A stretch of DNA of 63,629 bases, the filler included, from Bigelowiella natans CCMP2755 (Eukaryota > Protista > Cercozoa): assembly GCA_000320545.1 (NCBI GenBank). It is 7 parts of 7 records of this genome, joined end to end, with 100 filler letters (N's around TTAATTAATTAA, not from the genome) between each part and the next. Parts side by side here need not be neighbours in the genome. Positions count along the whole stretch, not along the records: positions 1 to 28,694 come from ADNK01002288.1; 6 more parts are not named here. One strand, written 5' to 3'. The position numbers were made by a program, and so were the translations under genes. A model generated the notes under the pieces. That model was not told the origin of the DNA, made no database searches, and saw only the letters and a list, made by a program, of their open reading frames with translations. Below are positions 1 to 12,581 of the stretch, one piece after another. Position 1 is the first letter of the stretch. Every line of letters begins with the position of its first letter.

Positions 1-1245
1 CATATCACTGCTCTACTCTACCATTACTACTGGCCCTACAAGCTAAAAGAGATAAGGACATACCTGCGTGGCTGCAGGTGCTCCAGCTTGAAGGCGGCAG
101 GCGTCGCCACCAAGGAGTCCAGCAAGAGCCGTGCATCTAAGAAAATCAAAGCAAGGAACTTCTTAGATATCGTGCAAATTGATGTTTATAAGTACGATGG
201 CTATCACTACCTTACCTTCGTTGATGTGGCCACTGGAAAGTGCTGGGTTAAAAAGATTATCAAGGTCAACGTTGCTAAGAAGAACAAAGGCTTATATAAG
301 CAGAGGCTTACTAACTGCTACCGTACCTGGGAGTCTGAGCTCCAGGCTATCCCTGATGAAGTTAGCATAAACAAGATACCAAAGAAGTTACATGTGGATA
401 ATGAGACCTCTCTTCTACAGCTACCACACCCTAATATTGATGCCTCACCTGTATACTATGCCCAGTCCAACTCCAAGGTAGAGCGACTCCACCGCACCTT
501 GGCCAACCTAAGCAGGATAAATAGCACCACACCAGACAAGATACAAGGGTTAGTAAACGACACCTTCACGTCTGGGGGAGGTATCAAGGATAAGGAGAGG
601 GAAGAAGGCGACGACAACGACGACGATACCGAGAGCGAAGACGAGAAGGTCCCGTACGATGGCCGAGTTCTAAAGGAAGGACAGTATGTTAGGGCCAAGG
701 TAAATCTGAGATCGAGAAATAAACAAGACCCCTTCTGGGGTGGCGTTGCAAAGGTTACCGAGAGGAAGGGGAGGAAGCAGTACTACATCTATGATGGGAA
801 CAGGGTCACCTTGCGCCACATCAGTCACCTAAAGAATTATGATATCGGTGAGAAGCTCCTAGAGGATGTTAAAGTAAACCCTACTGTGTGGGAGCGAGCA
901 ATGCCTTGTTTAGGACCCCGACCTAAGTTCGATGTGGAATATGGAAACAATAAGGTCAGGGTGAACGACGATTGGCGCATGAAGATTGTCTATCTAGGCT
1001 ACCCTGGATTACGAAATATGGAGAGGGTAGCTATGAAAATAAAGGACGGAAAATATCAGCTACTCTACCTAGCTGTTCCCGACTTACCCTTTGAGCACTG
1101 GTATAAGGTCCTGGGGGACCTTGATGCAGAGGGCTGGTATGGACACGAACCTAAGGACGAAGGTGAGTTCTGGGTAAGCGACAAAGGAGATAAGGTTAGA
1201 GAGGAATCTATTACCTGGTGGTTGGTGAAGTTCCGAAAGCGATGA
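1..1245 (+). CDS. pol C-terminus: integrase (end of Zn finger, DDE core, GPY/F SH3-like module) plus C-terminal Dam/DIRS MTase-like domain
   Basis: Frame is open from base 1: YYWPYKLKEIRTYLRGCRC (Zn-finger end), IVQIDVY (D 181), YLTFVDVATGKCW, LHVDNE (D 397), QSNSKVERLHRTL (E 481), KQDPFWGGVAKV..YYI..RHISHLKNY (GPY/F-like). Stop TGA at 1243-1245. Confidence 0.9.
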   Translation, partial: HITALLYHYYWPYKLKEIRTYLRGCRCSSLKAAGVATKESSKSRASKKIKARNFLDIVQIDVYKYDGYHYLTFVDVATGKCWVKKIIKVNVAKKNKGLYKQRLTNCYRTWESELQAIPDEVSINKIPKKLHVDNETSLLQLPHPNIDASPVYYAQSNSKVERLHRTLANLSRINSTTPDKIQGLVNDTFTSGGGIKDKEREEGDDNDDDTESEDEKVPYDGRVLKEGQYVRAKVNLRSRNKQDPFWGGVAKVTERKGRKQYYIYDGNRVTLRHISHLKNYDIGEKLLEDVKVNPTVWERAMPCLGPRPKFDVEYGNNKVRVNDDWRMKIVYLGYPGLRNMERVAMKIKDGKYQLLYLAVPDLPFEHWYKVLGDLDAEGWYGHEPKDEGEFWVSDKGDKVREESITWWLVKFRKR

Positions 1246-1288
1246 AGGTCTAAGGGAATAAGGAAGGAAGGAAGGAGCAACGTGACTT

Positions 1289-1296
1289 GGGGGAGG
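1289..1296 (+). promoter_or_regulatory. Polypurine tract (plus-strand primer)
   Basis: GGGGGAGG immediately 5' of the LTR-initial TG at 1297. Confidence 0.85.
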
Positions 1297-1622
1297 TGTA
1301 GCGCGTACCACTACGCGGGCACAAGTCACGTGCGACAACAAAGGGGTTGTCGCGGATATAGAATATAGATAACGTAGATATTAATACAGCATAGGCACGT
1401 GGGTTCCGGCGGGACTCATGGCAGCACACCGGAAGTGTGCTGCCCCACGTGCGGCGGCATTCGCGAAAGCTTCGCGAATGATTACGCAGTGCACGATTTA
1501 ATAAAAATATAATCTTTAATAAAAATAAACACAACTCTTCAAAAGGAAGCAAACGTGCCTTTCCCCCCCCCTGCCTACTTGTGCACGTAGCGCCTCGGCC
1601 TGTGAACACCTTACGCGCAACA
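1297..1622 (+). repeat. 3' LTR, 326 bp
   Basis: TGTAGCGCGTA...TACGCGCAACA termini (10/11 inverted match). Duplicated TTTAATAAAAATA poly(A)-like signal. Identical by eye to 26510-26835. Confidence 0.95.
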
Positions 1623-2166
1623 TGTGCACAATGTGCATGCAACACGCTAGCACGTTGCATGTCCATCCATCACAAGTGCACCTTGCATGGACACAGCAAT
1701 GTGACACATGTGATGTGTACATGACATGTTGCATGTCTATCATGATACATCGCACGCATTGTGGACACATGTCCACCATTGATGCAACCAGCACTGCGAC
1801 TAGCTAGCTAGCTGGAGCACTGAGCATGCCATGCAGCAGATGTGTTCACTGATCGATGCGAGCGAGCGCTCACACAAAATCAGACTGCACGTTGCAGAGC
1901 GTCAGTGATGCTCCCTGGTGGCCTTGAAACTTTTCATCATCAACAAAACGCTTGCATTCAAGTGAACTTGCACATTTATTGCGTAGCGTTGGTCAATATG
2001 CATGTTGCGAAGCAAATTTGCGTTGAGACCACGTTGGTTTATAGACCATCATGTAGAGACACGTGTGTATTCATGCAGTGGTCAATGCATAAATTGTATG
2101 TCATCGTTGAACAGAATCAACTACACGAAACAACTAAATAAATTGCATCTAAGTGTTTGAGAATAA

Positions 2167-3386
2167 TTAACCCACTTCTCTTACAAGCACCTCTACACGT
2201 TGTAAGAATCCTGGTAAACTTATTTCACTCCCAAGCTTATAGCATGGATTACGAACGACATAATCTACATATAACCTATAAAGTTTGCTAAGAACTGCCC
2301 TCATATTTTTAGTATCAGGAGGAGTTGATGCAGCGATTCTCAATCCGGATGCAGTTTCCATGTAGTGGAGCTACAATATTAGCATATCAGTACCACTGTT
2401 CAAACTCGTATAATATTGATTATGATAGCAATATTGATGATGATAAAAAGATATTGACGAGTCTAAGAAGGGGAGGAAGATGACCATATTTTTAATTTCT
2501 ATTTAGGAAAACGATAATTCAGTTTTATTCATTGTAATGTATATCTCGAGTATCAGTTCATTCACGAGTTATTAGGATCAACCGATTGATCATCAATATT
2601 GCTTCGAAATGACATATGGTATTTCATTGCATATTATCTGTGCTGACTTGTAGGAACAACCAAAACAGTGGGAGAAGAACCTGATATTCCGACGTTTGGA
2701 AGAAGTGAATAGGCTCCTTTTCCCATTCTCCTGTCATTCTGTAAATGATTCCCAAATATGTATCATTTTGCTTCTAGTTAGTGTGCTCGGTAATCTTAAC
2801 AGAAGCAGCTTGTAGCATCAATAGAATCATCACCAAAAGCAACAGCAGCACCACCACCATTACCATCAGCAGCAGCAGCGAAAGACTGACTCTAGGAGTT
2901 GTCAATGTTTTTCCTTCATTTTTTGGTTTCAATATTTAAAGGAGATGTGAAAAATTAAACTAATTAGGATGTTCCTTCTCCTCCTCACTCTCCTCCGCTT
3001 ACTACGTTTTCGGTGTGATCGAATTAACAAAGCTCTTGAGCGTGAAAAGAGTGCCGAACATGTTCTTTTTCTCTATCTCTATGTCTTTTTTGTCCTGAAG
3101 GAAGATCGTTTAAAAATCGAATATTTAATGACACGTGTAGGATCAAATAATTACATGTGATCAGATCTCCACCACCACCACTACCCACCTTTTTTTTTTC
3201 ACTGTTGAAATCCCTCATGTAGAGACAGGTTCCCTCCCTAAGTAGTAATGGTTGCTTAGTCAAAAAGAATAGACATCGATTCAAGCCTTCTTCTTCTTCT
3301 TCTTCTTCTTCTTCTTCTCCTCCTCCTCTTTGTCTAATCAGCAACCACTACCTGCTGAAGATGTAGATAGTGTAGATACTAGGCAT
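2167..3386 (-). CDS. TRAPPC1: TRAPP complex subunit 1 (Bet5, sybindin family), multi-exon
   Basis: Exons MPSIYTIYIFSR | EGTCLYMRDF | KKNMFGTLFTLKSFVNSITP | LHYMETASGLRIA..LYVDYVVRNP match Bet5 motifs, mostly GT-AG. One internal junction unresolved. Confidence 0.88.
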
Positions 3387-4159
3387 GATGACGATTGAAT
3401 GATTTCTGGATGAAGCTTGAAGCAGGAAATCCTTTAACTTCCAGAAATCGATCACGAGTCTCTTTTACTAAGTGCTTTTGCCTTTATTTCTCCTTGACAC
3501 CGCTCTGCTCTTTTTGTTGCGGGGAACGGTGCTAGGCAACCGTCCTGGGGAAGGGGCTAAGCAGAGTTGTCTCCTTTAAAAAAATACTCTGCAGTATATC
3601 ATGTCGTACATTTGAAACGTCCTTCCTTTAGGTTGTTCTCCTTATACTTTGTGTACGTTGACGCTGGTGTAAAATGGGTGCTGTTTTACCGGCGTTTCTG
3701 ATTTAAATGATGCTTCTATTGGAGTTGGTGTTTGCTGCTGCAACATTCTAAGTTCATTTGAGACCTAATAAAGTTTCCTTTCGCAGTCGTCCACAACGGA
3801 AAAGCAGGCCTTTATTCAATATTATGAGATATCAATGGATATCGTTCCAATATATTTACAGGGTCTTGCCTGTATTCGGAATAAGCTACTTTATAATTAC
3901 ATCTGAAATCGGAATTCAGAACTATTCGACCAGAAATTCATCCAATTTTTTACTGTAAATGTGTTGTACGAGAACTTCGTTGTAAAAATGGCCTACATTA
4001 TTGTTGCATCTGCGTTGGCCAAGCTACCTCATAAGACTGAAATATGTGTGAATCGTAAACACAAACCAACCCCAACCTCACTCCTCCCTGCACGCTGAAC
4101 AGTTGAGCGACATGATGGGGTATGTTCCCTCTCTTCTTCATATTATGATCCGACATTGA

Positions 4160-7100
4160 ATGAACACTGATAACGCTTGCATTAGGTTCCACGGTTTTGC
4201 GGTGCTCCTCCTTGGTTTTGTTTTTAGTGTCTCTACTAGCGGTGAGTGGGTTAAGGCAGCAGCACCCGTACATCTCGGCAACGGTGGGAAGGTACCAGAG
4301 ATTGACGTCAATAATGGCGACTATCAATCGTTCTCTGAATATTCAATCTCATATTTATTTTTAAGAAATAAGAAACAAGTTCGTCTCCCTTTTGTATTAT
4401 TGTTCTAGTTGGGTGACATGGACACGGACTTCGAGCTAGGTGCCTCTTCGAAGACGTTGTATTTTGATACCAAGTTGGAAGATGCAGTGCAATGGCCAGC
4501 AACCGATCATGGTGAAATAGAAGAAGATACTGTCCTGACTATAGGAGGCGAGCGAGCACCTTCAGACGAAAACACTGATACGTCATGGTGGCATTGGAAC
4601 CAACCTGCAACATGCGAGGTAGTACCGTCAGTAGACAAATACTAGCTTTCAGAAAAGTGGGAAGAAGGGAGGGGGGAGGGAGGCTAGGTATGTGGAAAGA
4701 TTGAAAAGGAGGCGGTGAAAACGGGAAAGAGGAAGCAGATTTGTTGCTTTATACAAGTACGTACAAATGAGGGCGATATTAGCAAAAGAATATATTTAGA
4801 TACATGTCACGAGATAAACATGAAGGTAGTTGTTTGTTGAACTTCTCGTTAGGCTAGAAAATGAGAGCTCGAGTACCATTTGATAATTAGCATAGTGTAA
4901 TAAATTTGCCGGGATATTATTATTATTAATATTTTCTGATCATTTGTATCACATGTTGGTTACCAGTATGTAACAACGTTGCAATATTTGCTTCTATTAG
5001 AACTTCGGTGGTCAAGTTTGCACTTATGGTGGCGATGAATGCTCGCTAGTCAGAAGGGAAGGAGAATATTTGTTCAACCAATGGTACCTGTTGCAACCTT
5101 TTGTCATCGTTAGTCTTTAGAAAACGAGTAGGAATAGGAGATACAGTGAGTGAGTGTTTGAGTCAACAGTATGACGACGTCGAGGGTTACAAATTATCAA
5201 ATTATTTTGAGCTGCTACGTATAATGAGTAGATGATACATTTATCGATTGGTTGATCGATTGATTGATTACCTAGGCATGATTCCAAGGGGATTAACAGG
5301 ATGACGTCTTGTTCTAAGAATTCTGGTCAAGGTGTGCATGCAGTCACCAGTGCTGCCCTTAAATGCGGATTGACGACGCTGATCATTCAAGCTACTAAAA
5401 ATCACAGTCTATTTGTAAGTGTTGTCATAAGCATTACTTTACAAGTTGTGTATATAATACGATACAACCAAGAGCTCAAGGAGCGATGGGCAGACGTAGT
5501 CACACCTTATCACTTCAAACCCCTCCCCCTCCCCCCTTTTTTATAGCCGGACATTTACCTGATAAAGGAAGGGAGAACTGGCACACGTATCCTCCTCGAA
5601 AAGGATGGGTAGTAGTAGAAATAAGTAACTAGTAATAGTAGTAGCAGTAGTTCTGAAGAAAACGATGATGTTAGAGAGTAGGTATGTGTATGACATATCT
5701 TAAAACAAAGATAAAGTACACCAAAATGATGATGAGAATATGATGATACATCACGATATCTGTATTATCCTCTATGACCTCTTACACCAGCTGCTCTTGT
5801 CTTGTCTTCTCATCTACCGAATAATGAAAAAGTGTTAGTAGTAACTGGGGAGGATTTCCAATGGATAATATCCGTAAGGACTACTTCGGAGCCAGTGAAT
5901 TCCTCAACAATCTTAAAATACGTAATATCTATTATAGTAACAACAAACAATACACCGTAGATTGCACAAGAATCAAATCCTGATAGTCATGATAATCATG
6001 ATGATGATTTGTTGTTATAGCTAGCTCAAACCACATTGATGAGAATGAGTTTAATTAATTTGATGTTTGAATTGGATATTTGATTCAAATTGGATGATTA
6101 CATACGTTGGCAATTTGGTGGATGGTATATCAACCGACTTCCTCTGCCGCATAAACGCCATCTATGTTATTTTGTCTTGAATACATTGAAAACGTTTTCA
6201 TAACAATGATTGTGTTCGAAATTATATTGATACCGAATAATATTGTAACTTATTTGTTGTTCCTTGCATAATCATCTGTCTGTCACTCTTGGGGTTTAAT
6301 AATCTGTTTTTGTTACTTAATTACTATTCAAGACGGAAAAAGCTGTAATGTCTTAACCAACTTATTTAAACATGAATGATTTCTTAGGTATTTGTGCTTT
6401 TATTGTTGTCTTTAGGGAAAAATGAGTATGGCCCTTACCTCACTACAAATTGCGGCAACGTATAATCTTTCATGTTTTATTCGTTTTCCATCATCATCAT
6501 AATCATCATCATTATCATCGTCATCATCATCGTTTAACAACTATGCGCTGGTGTGATAACAACCGTTGTCGTAGTTTTTCTACAAAATCCAGCCACGTCT
6601 TCGGTCTGTTTCAGATGATGGAGGGAAAGAGAACAAACAACTCTTCCTCGATATTAGATCGGATACCAACCTCAAGAATGCTTTTTACTCTCGTGGAGGA
6701 CAATGTCGCAACGTTGAAAGCAGGTGATACCACCATCTTCATCTTCTTTATCATTTCTGATCACCATTCTGACATCCTGTTTGCTAAATAAATTTTATAA
6801 ATTATCATTGTTATTATGGTTCATTTTAAAATCTAAAATATCCCCAACTACTACTATCTCTACAGGAAATCATCCTTGATCACTCTATACGATTCCGAAA
6901 ATCCCTCATTAATCGATCATTACGGTACGGTGAAAACTCTAATAGTATTAGTAATAGCTATAATGTGAGTATCACATCTAGATGTCCTATCTTTGTTAAA
7001 TTGATATATAGTTGTAAAGTAGTTGATAGAATCAACAACTCATAATTGGACGATTGATTGTTGTGATACTACAAGTACTGCTAATACTACTACAACCGAT

Positions 7101-8450
7101 GCAAGTGTGTGGAATAGGGCAATAAACTCTATTTAATCATGATTAGCCAGCATTAACCAAACGTTCCTCTTCTTCATCTTCTTCCTCTATTCTAATATGC
7201 TCTCTTGCCTTCTTCAATATCTATCATCTTTATAACTTCCTTCTTGAATCGATTGTGCTTTTCACCTTGATCAGCATCAATGTACTCAGAGGTTGACCAT
7301 TGCAGTGAGGAGGCATGTGAATCTCTCCATATGGTAATTAGTAAGAATGATGATAATGATGTCATGTTGCATGTGAGACGACAACAATTTATGCATGTCG
7401 TTGTAATAGTAGTAGCAGAAGCAGCAGCAAGAGCATCATCACCATGACCATCATCATCTTCCGTATTATCATCATATCAGATTAGTGGCACAAGTCAACA
7501 ACAGAGCTATGTATCAGCCAAATGTCCGAACGGAGAGAGTCACTGCCCAGATGTTGTGCAGTTTGTTAACCTACACCCATTGTCAAGGACTGTGGACACC
7601 ATTCAATCTTGCGCCATGCTATGTGCCTCAAATCCTCAAGACTGCGACTTCTTCGTATTCAGAGCTAATACTTCTAGATTCAACTGTGATATCGGTAAGG
7701 GCAATATCTTGCCAGCTACTCCCCACAAAACATACTGTATCGTGTCAAAGAGGAAGAATCTCAATGTAGAATGCCCAAAGGGATTTGAACTAAGGAAGGC
7801 TGACACGGTAATACTATAGTAAGTAAATATAGTAATGTGATGATGCTGATCATGGTAATGCTACTATTCACATGAGTACTACGTAACCACCGGTGTGAAA
7901 GACGAAATGCATAAATCACTTTCACATGATTAACTTTCATTGTAACATCAACTATTATAACATCATTCGAATGTGATTTCTCTGTTTGGAATGGAAGGTG
8001 TGCACTGAGATGGAGCTGCAAAAAGTGTTTGGTGCCGAAATGCACAAAGATAGGTAAGAAGAAATTCATAGATAATACATGCAGTGCTCTTGTGGATGTG
8101 AGATATCACCGAATTATTTGAGTGAGTTCCAACCAACCACCAGAATTATATTGCAAATTAATGACAGAATCGGCCCTGAGATATCCAGTTCGTACGGAGT
8201 TGAAGTAGGTCAATGTGGACAAGATTGTTCCAAAGACAAAAGCTGCTATGCATTTCAGTACCGTGCTCTTGATAAATGGTGTGTGAATCTCAAATACCCA
8301 AAGTCGGTGAGATCTCTGAAGAAGACACAAGTCAACGACATCAAAGTGGGAGGTCAAATCCAAGATGTGAATTGTCCTGGGTTGCAATACTGCATCAAGA
8401 CAGCAGCAGCGGCGACCGAAACAACAGCTGCTGCAGTAACGGAACACTGA
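4160..8450 (+). CDS. Secreted cysteine-rich protein with PAN/apple-like domains, multi-exon
   Basis: Hydrophobic N-terminus (FAVLLLGFVFSVSTS). Exons with SCAMLCASNPQDCDFFVF..C and QCGQDCSKDKSCYAFQY..WC (PAN-type Cys pattern). Exon structure not fully resolved. Confidence 0.5.
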
Positions 8451-9617
8451 ATACAAAATCTAATAGTAGCAAAATAAAAACACCCTCATAGTCTGTGATA
8501 CATCAACTCTTGGCATAAATGCATTGCGGATATGTGCATTTTTTTTTATCATATCAGTCGTGACAAAATAATGAATAATAGACGAAATGGTATTGAGGGA
8601 CACCGAACTAAAATAGTCATGGTATAGCGTAGGCACAACGCCAAAAGGAGGCAACTTCCCTTCATGGAAGGACCATCCAAAGAGTCTTGATCATTGCCAG
8701 AACTACGTTTGTAGTTCGCGGCCGACTCCTCCACCCAATTCATGTTTGCGCATGCGACTGTATAATTTTTGACATGGCAATGCTAGGCCATAAAAGTGAC
8801 ACAAGAACATCTAAAGATATCTTTGTTTGGATGTACAATGCTACATATCTAGATATGGATATATATTTTCTCTATGCTATGGGCTTTATGCTAGCATGCG
8901 GCCAACATAAACTATGATGTGTACATAATAGACACATCTAGACATGGAATCAGTTGGCTATGTAGCCAACTGAGTGCACAAAAGCATCATGTTTCACGCA
9001 CATGTGATGCGCTGTGATGCGTGCTTGCTAGCTTGATGACCCACAACCTACAATTACTCTAGTACGTGCTAGACACGCAGCTAACGTACACATGAACAGC
9101 ACAGTCTGTCTCGCCTGGAATTGCATGCGATGATGATGCAAAGTTAAGCTAGTTAAGCCGCTTAATGTTGTTTCTTGACCTTATTCGATCACTTGATCGA
9201 GATGCATGCATGCCAAGCTAGCATGCATTATATGCAAGTGCGCGCTGTTCAATACATGACATACGTGAACTCATTGGCAAAATAATTGTTGCCGATGCAA
9301 CGTAACATTAGTCTATAGTAGTTCTAGCTAGCTAGAGTTCACATGAGCATGCGTGATGCAGACTCTACTAGTCTAGTCTAGTAGTACTGGTAGCACTAGA
9401 GCAGCATGCAAGCCAATGAGCGAGTGTCCATCGCATGTGGGCTTCAGCGCTGTTATTGATGTGCTGGATGCAACTATGCGGCTGGCATTATCTGGATTGT
9501 GGAGATCGCCGCAATTCTCACTTTTTAGTCGAAGGGTATTCGAGTCGTGGTTTAGTCGTACAGTGCATGTTGCAGAATGTATTAATTTGATAAAATTGAA
9601 GAACCAAATCTCAATAA

Positions 9618-10094
9618 TTAGTCTTGTGCCTTTTTCTCAGGAATATGGGGAAATACAAGTCTGTAGGCGAGAAATGCTGCCATTGCTAACGACAAGAGAA
9701 ATGCAATTGCTGCCGGGAAAATAGCCCTAGTGTCGACATAACGTTTTCCCATCATTCCAGTTACAGTTGCTGCTATTAAGAGAGATATGAAATTGAAAAC
9801 GGTGTAGGACTCCTTTTTCTTGAACTTCTGTGAAACATGATTGTATAAATTAGTTTATTGCTGGTGATGGATTGTAATGGTTCAAGTTCCTCAGATTTGC
9901 AACTGTATTATACTCTACAGAAGATATCATCGAGATAGGTGGCGTACCTCCATTGACAAGGTTCCAAGCGCCATCATAGCAGCGCCACATCCTACACCGG
10001 CCATCAATGACATGTGACTTCCTTTCGACAAGAAGCCCATAAGGCCGCCTAGTGCCAGAATGAGTCCGTACGGGATTGTGAAGCAGAATGCATA
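9618..10094 (-). CDS. TMEM14: TMEM14/FAX family small membrane protein (first exon not located)
   Basis: Exon 10094-9948 [37 protein letters not shown] intron, exon 9827-9618 ..[22 protein letters not shown]. Not in the ORF track; read manually. Confidence 0.88.
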
Positions 10095-10581
10095 CTGACA
10101 ATATTTTAAATTAAGATTATTAGTACATAATTTTATATTTTCTCAAATTCTCTTCTCCATCATCATCCCTTGTTTATAAGTGTGAAAAAGTCGATAGCAA
10201 CCATGGAGTAGGAAGAGGAGGAGGAGGGAGTGTCCTTTCAATTTACACGAAAACTCCATGCCTTTCCATCGTACGACAATATTTTTAATTCTACATTGAA
10301 AAATATTGAATAAAAAGATCCAGGTTTTCTGTTTGGATAATAAAAGCCTTGCACTTTTTCATGCGTCGTGCTATATTGTATGTCGCAAGAAGAAAAAGGA
10401 ATTCATTTAAAACTCAACAGTCCTGCTCGAATCAAGTCCAACAGCTCCCTCCTCCCTCCATGATTTTCACAGGAATGTGATTGATGATGATAATAATAAT
10501 CGGACCGATTAACTCACGATTCTGTTCCACAATGAGTCTTTGAAGCGCTTGTAACCTTCCCTAGCTATTTACTCTTGCCGG

Positions 10582-11581
10582 ATGCATCGCTCCCGGTCAA
10601 AGTTGTTGGCGCTAGGAAGCTGGGGCAGGGATGTAAGAATAAGAGTTGGCACCCCTCCTACTATATTGTTTGGAAGTGGTGCCTCATATTATGTCCTCCT
10701 GCTTCTGTTGAGCACTTGTGCTAGTGGTTGGATCTTGTTGTCATGGCCACCATCGCAATCATCATCACCACGAAAACTAGCCTGCAATGGAAGAGCGTCG
10801 ATGCGACGAGGGAATAGTAGCAGAGACGCCTCGTCCTACGGTTTTACGAGGAATACTAAAAACTCATTCGTTTCCGAAAGAGTATCTTATTTGCGGAGAA
10901 CATCAGGTGATGGAAATTGTTTGCTTGATAATCCAATTGAATGGCATAGGTCTAGCAATATTTATCTACAATTACTCTTTATCATCGTCTACTTTTTATT
11001 CGTCCCCGTTGGTTATCTCCGTCTTCTCTTCAACGATGTCATCACCAGTGCCATTATTATTTGGGATTATTTTTCTATATTTTATTGCATGATATTTTCC
11101 TCGTGTAGGTCTTGATGGAACGAAAATGATGGTCCCACTTTGGCAAATCAGCAGAAGGCATTTATACAACAACAACAGTAGCAGCAGCTGCAAGGACGAC
11201 GAAGAAGGAAAAGGGTAGTAGTAGCATCATAACGAGATCATATGAAGAAATATTTCATCAATAGCAGCGGCTGCTATTTTTTTTGTACATGTCACAGCAA
11301 AAGTTGTTGTTCATTGTGGTACTAGTAGCTGTTACCACCGTAAGATGGTAATTTAGAACGGAAATGTTCTACTTCTACCACCACATTCATAATCATCATC
11401 TCATCATTATGATCATCAGCAGCAACAAGGAATAGAGTCATCTTGAACATACTACTAGTACTACTCTTTTGTTTGTTTTGACTCTTCTTCTTCTTCTTCT
11501 AATTAGAGACGCAGGGGGGTGTCGTAGCAACCACAACTGCTGGAACTCTGATTATCACCATCCACAGACATTAGGTAGTAA

Positions 11582-11622
<41 letters not shown>

Positions 11623-11898
11623 CTAGTACTAGTACTACTAGTAGTAGGTTATGGAGCGCTGATTATCAGCATCACCCAGAGGCAGACGAAATTAGCTAGT
11701 AGTAGGAGGTCATGGTGTTGCTTACAACTTGTTGTCATCATCATCATCATCTAATGAACTGCTCGATGAGTCATTATATTATTAATAGCGAAGAAGAAGA
11801 AGAATCTTTCGTTATAGGACTTATGGAGAAGATGAATACGATGAGACGATGATGATAGATTTCACCATTGTCATCTTATTACTCTCCATTGTTCATAT

Positions 11899-11930
<32 letters not shown>

Positions 11931-12119
11931 ACTACTACTACTCTCCGCATAGGGTTGAGTGAGTATTTAGCTGGAGGTCCTCCCGTGATAGCAGCAAACC
12001 GACTTAAAGCGCTGCATAGAGACTTCATTGTACAAGAAATTCGAAGAAATGGTATATTCCCCTTGTATGTTCTTCTGAGCAATGTTCGCGTATCTGTTGC
12101 TAGTAGCATTTATTCCTAC

Positions 12120-12151
<32 letters not shown>

Positions 12152-12547
12152 ATACTAATACTACAAACAAACACTGCTTCTATTGATGACAATACTCTGT
12201 ATTCTTCCTACTACTACTCTTCGAAGATAAATGAGCACCATCTGTTTGTTTTTTTGGTTTGTTTATTTGTTTGTTTCATGCAGGATCGATCGTGCCATTG
12301 GTGACAGCTGGCAGTGAAATTCGGCGTCATCTTCCAAGAGAATATATTGGACGCAGTAGTGCTGAGATTATGATGATGATGAACAACACCACCAGGTAAC
12401 CACACTAACCTCAAGTAAAATAGTGATATAGAGGAATCGCCATTCATCATCATAAAATGTATGAAGTTTTTGATTCTTGATGGTGTGTATTGTTATTTGT
12501 TGTCATAATCATGATATCTTTCTTACATAATTACAATTATTAGGAGG

Positions 12548-12581
<34 letters not shown>

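Larger units (their letters stand above)
1..1622 (+). mobile_element. 3' part of a Ty3/Gypsy-like LTR retrotransposon (integrase - PPT - 3' LTR), truncated by window start
   Basis: Open frame 1-1245 with integrase motifs, purine tract GGGGGAGG at 1289-1296 directly followed by a TG...CA 326-bp repeat that recurs at 26510. Integrase last in pol and a GPY/F-like module fit the Gypsy order. Confidence 0.93.

Noticed and set aside
1430-1490. HDV-like ribozyme in the LTR (CCCACGT loop, GCGAATG)
   Set aside because: I could not build the P1/P1.1/P2 nested pseudoknot; simple hairpins explain the sequence.
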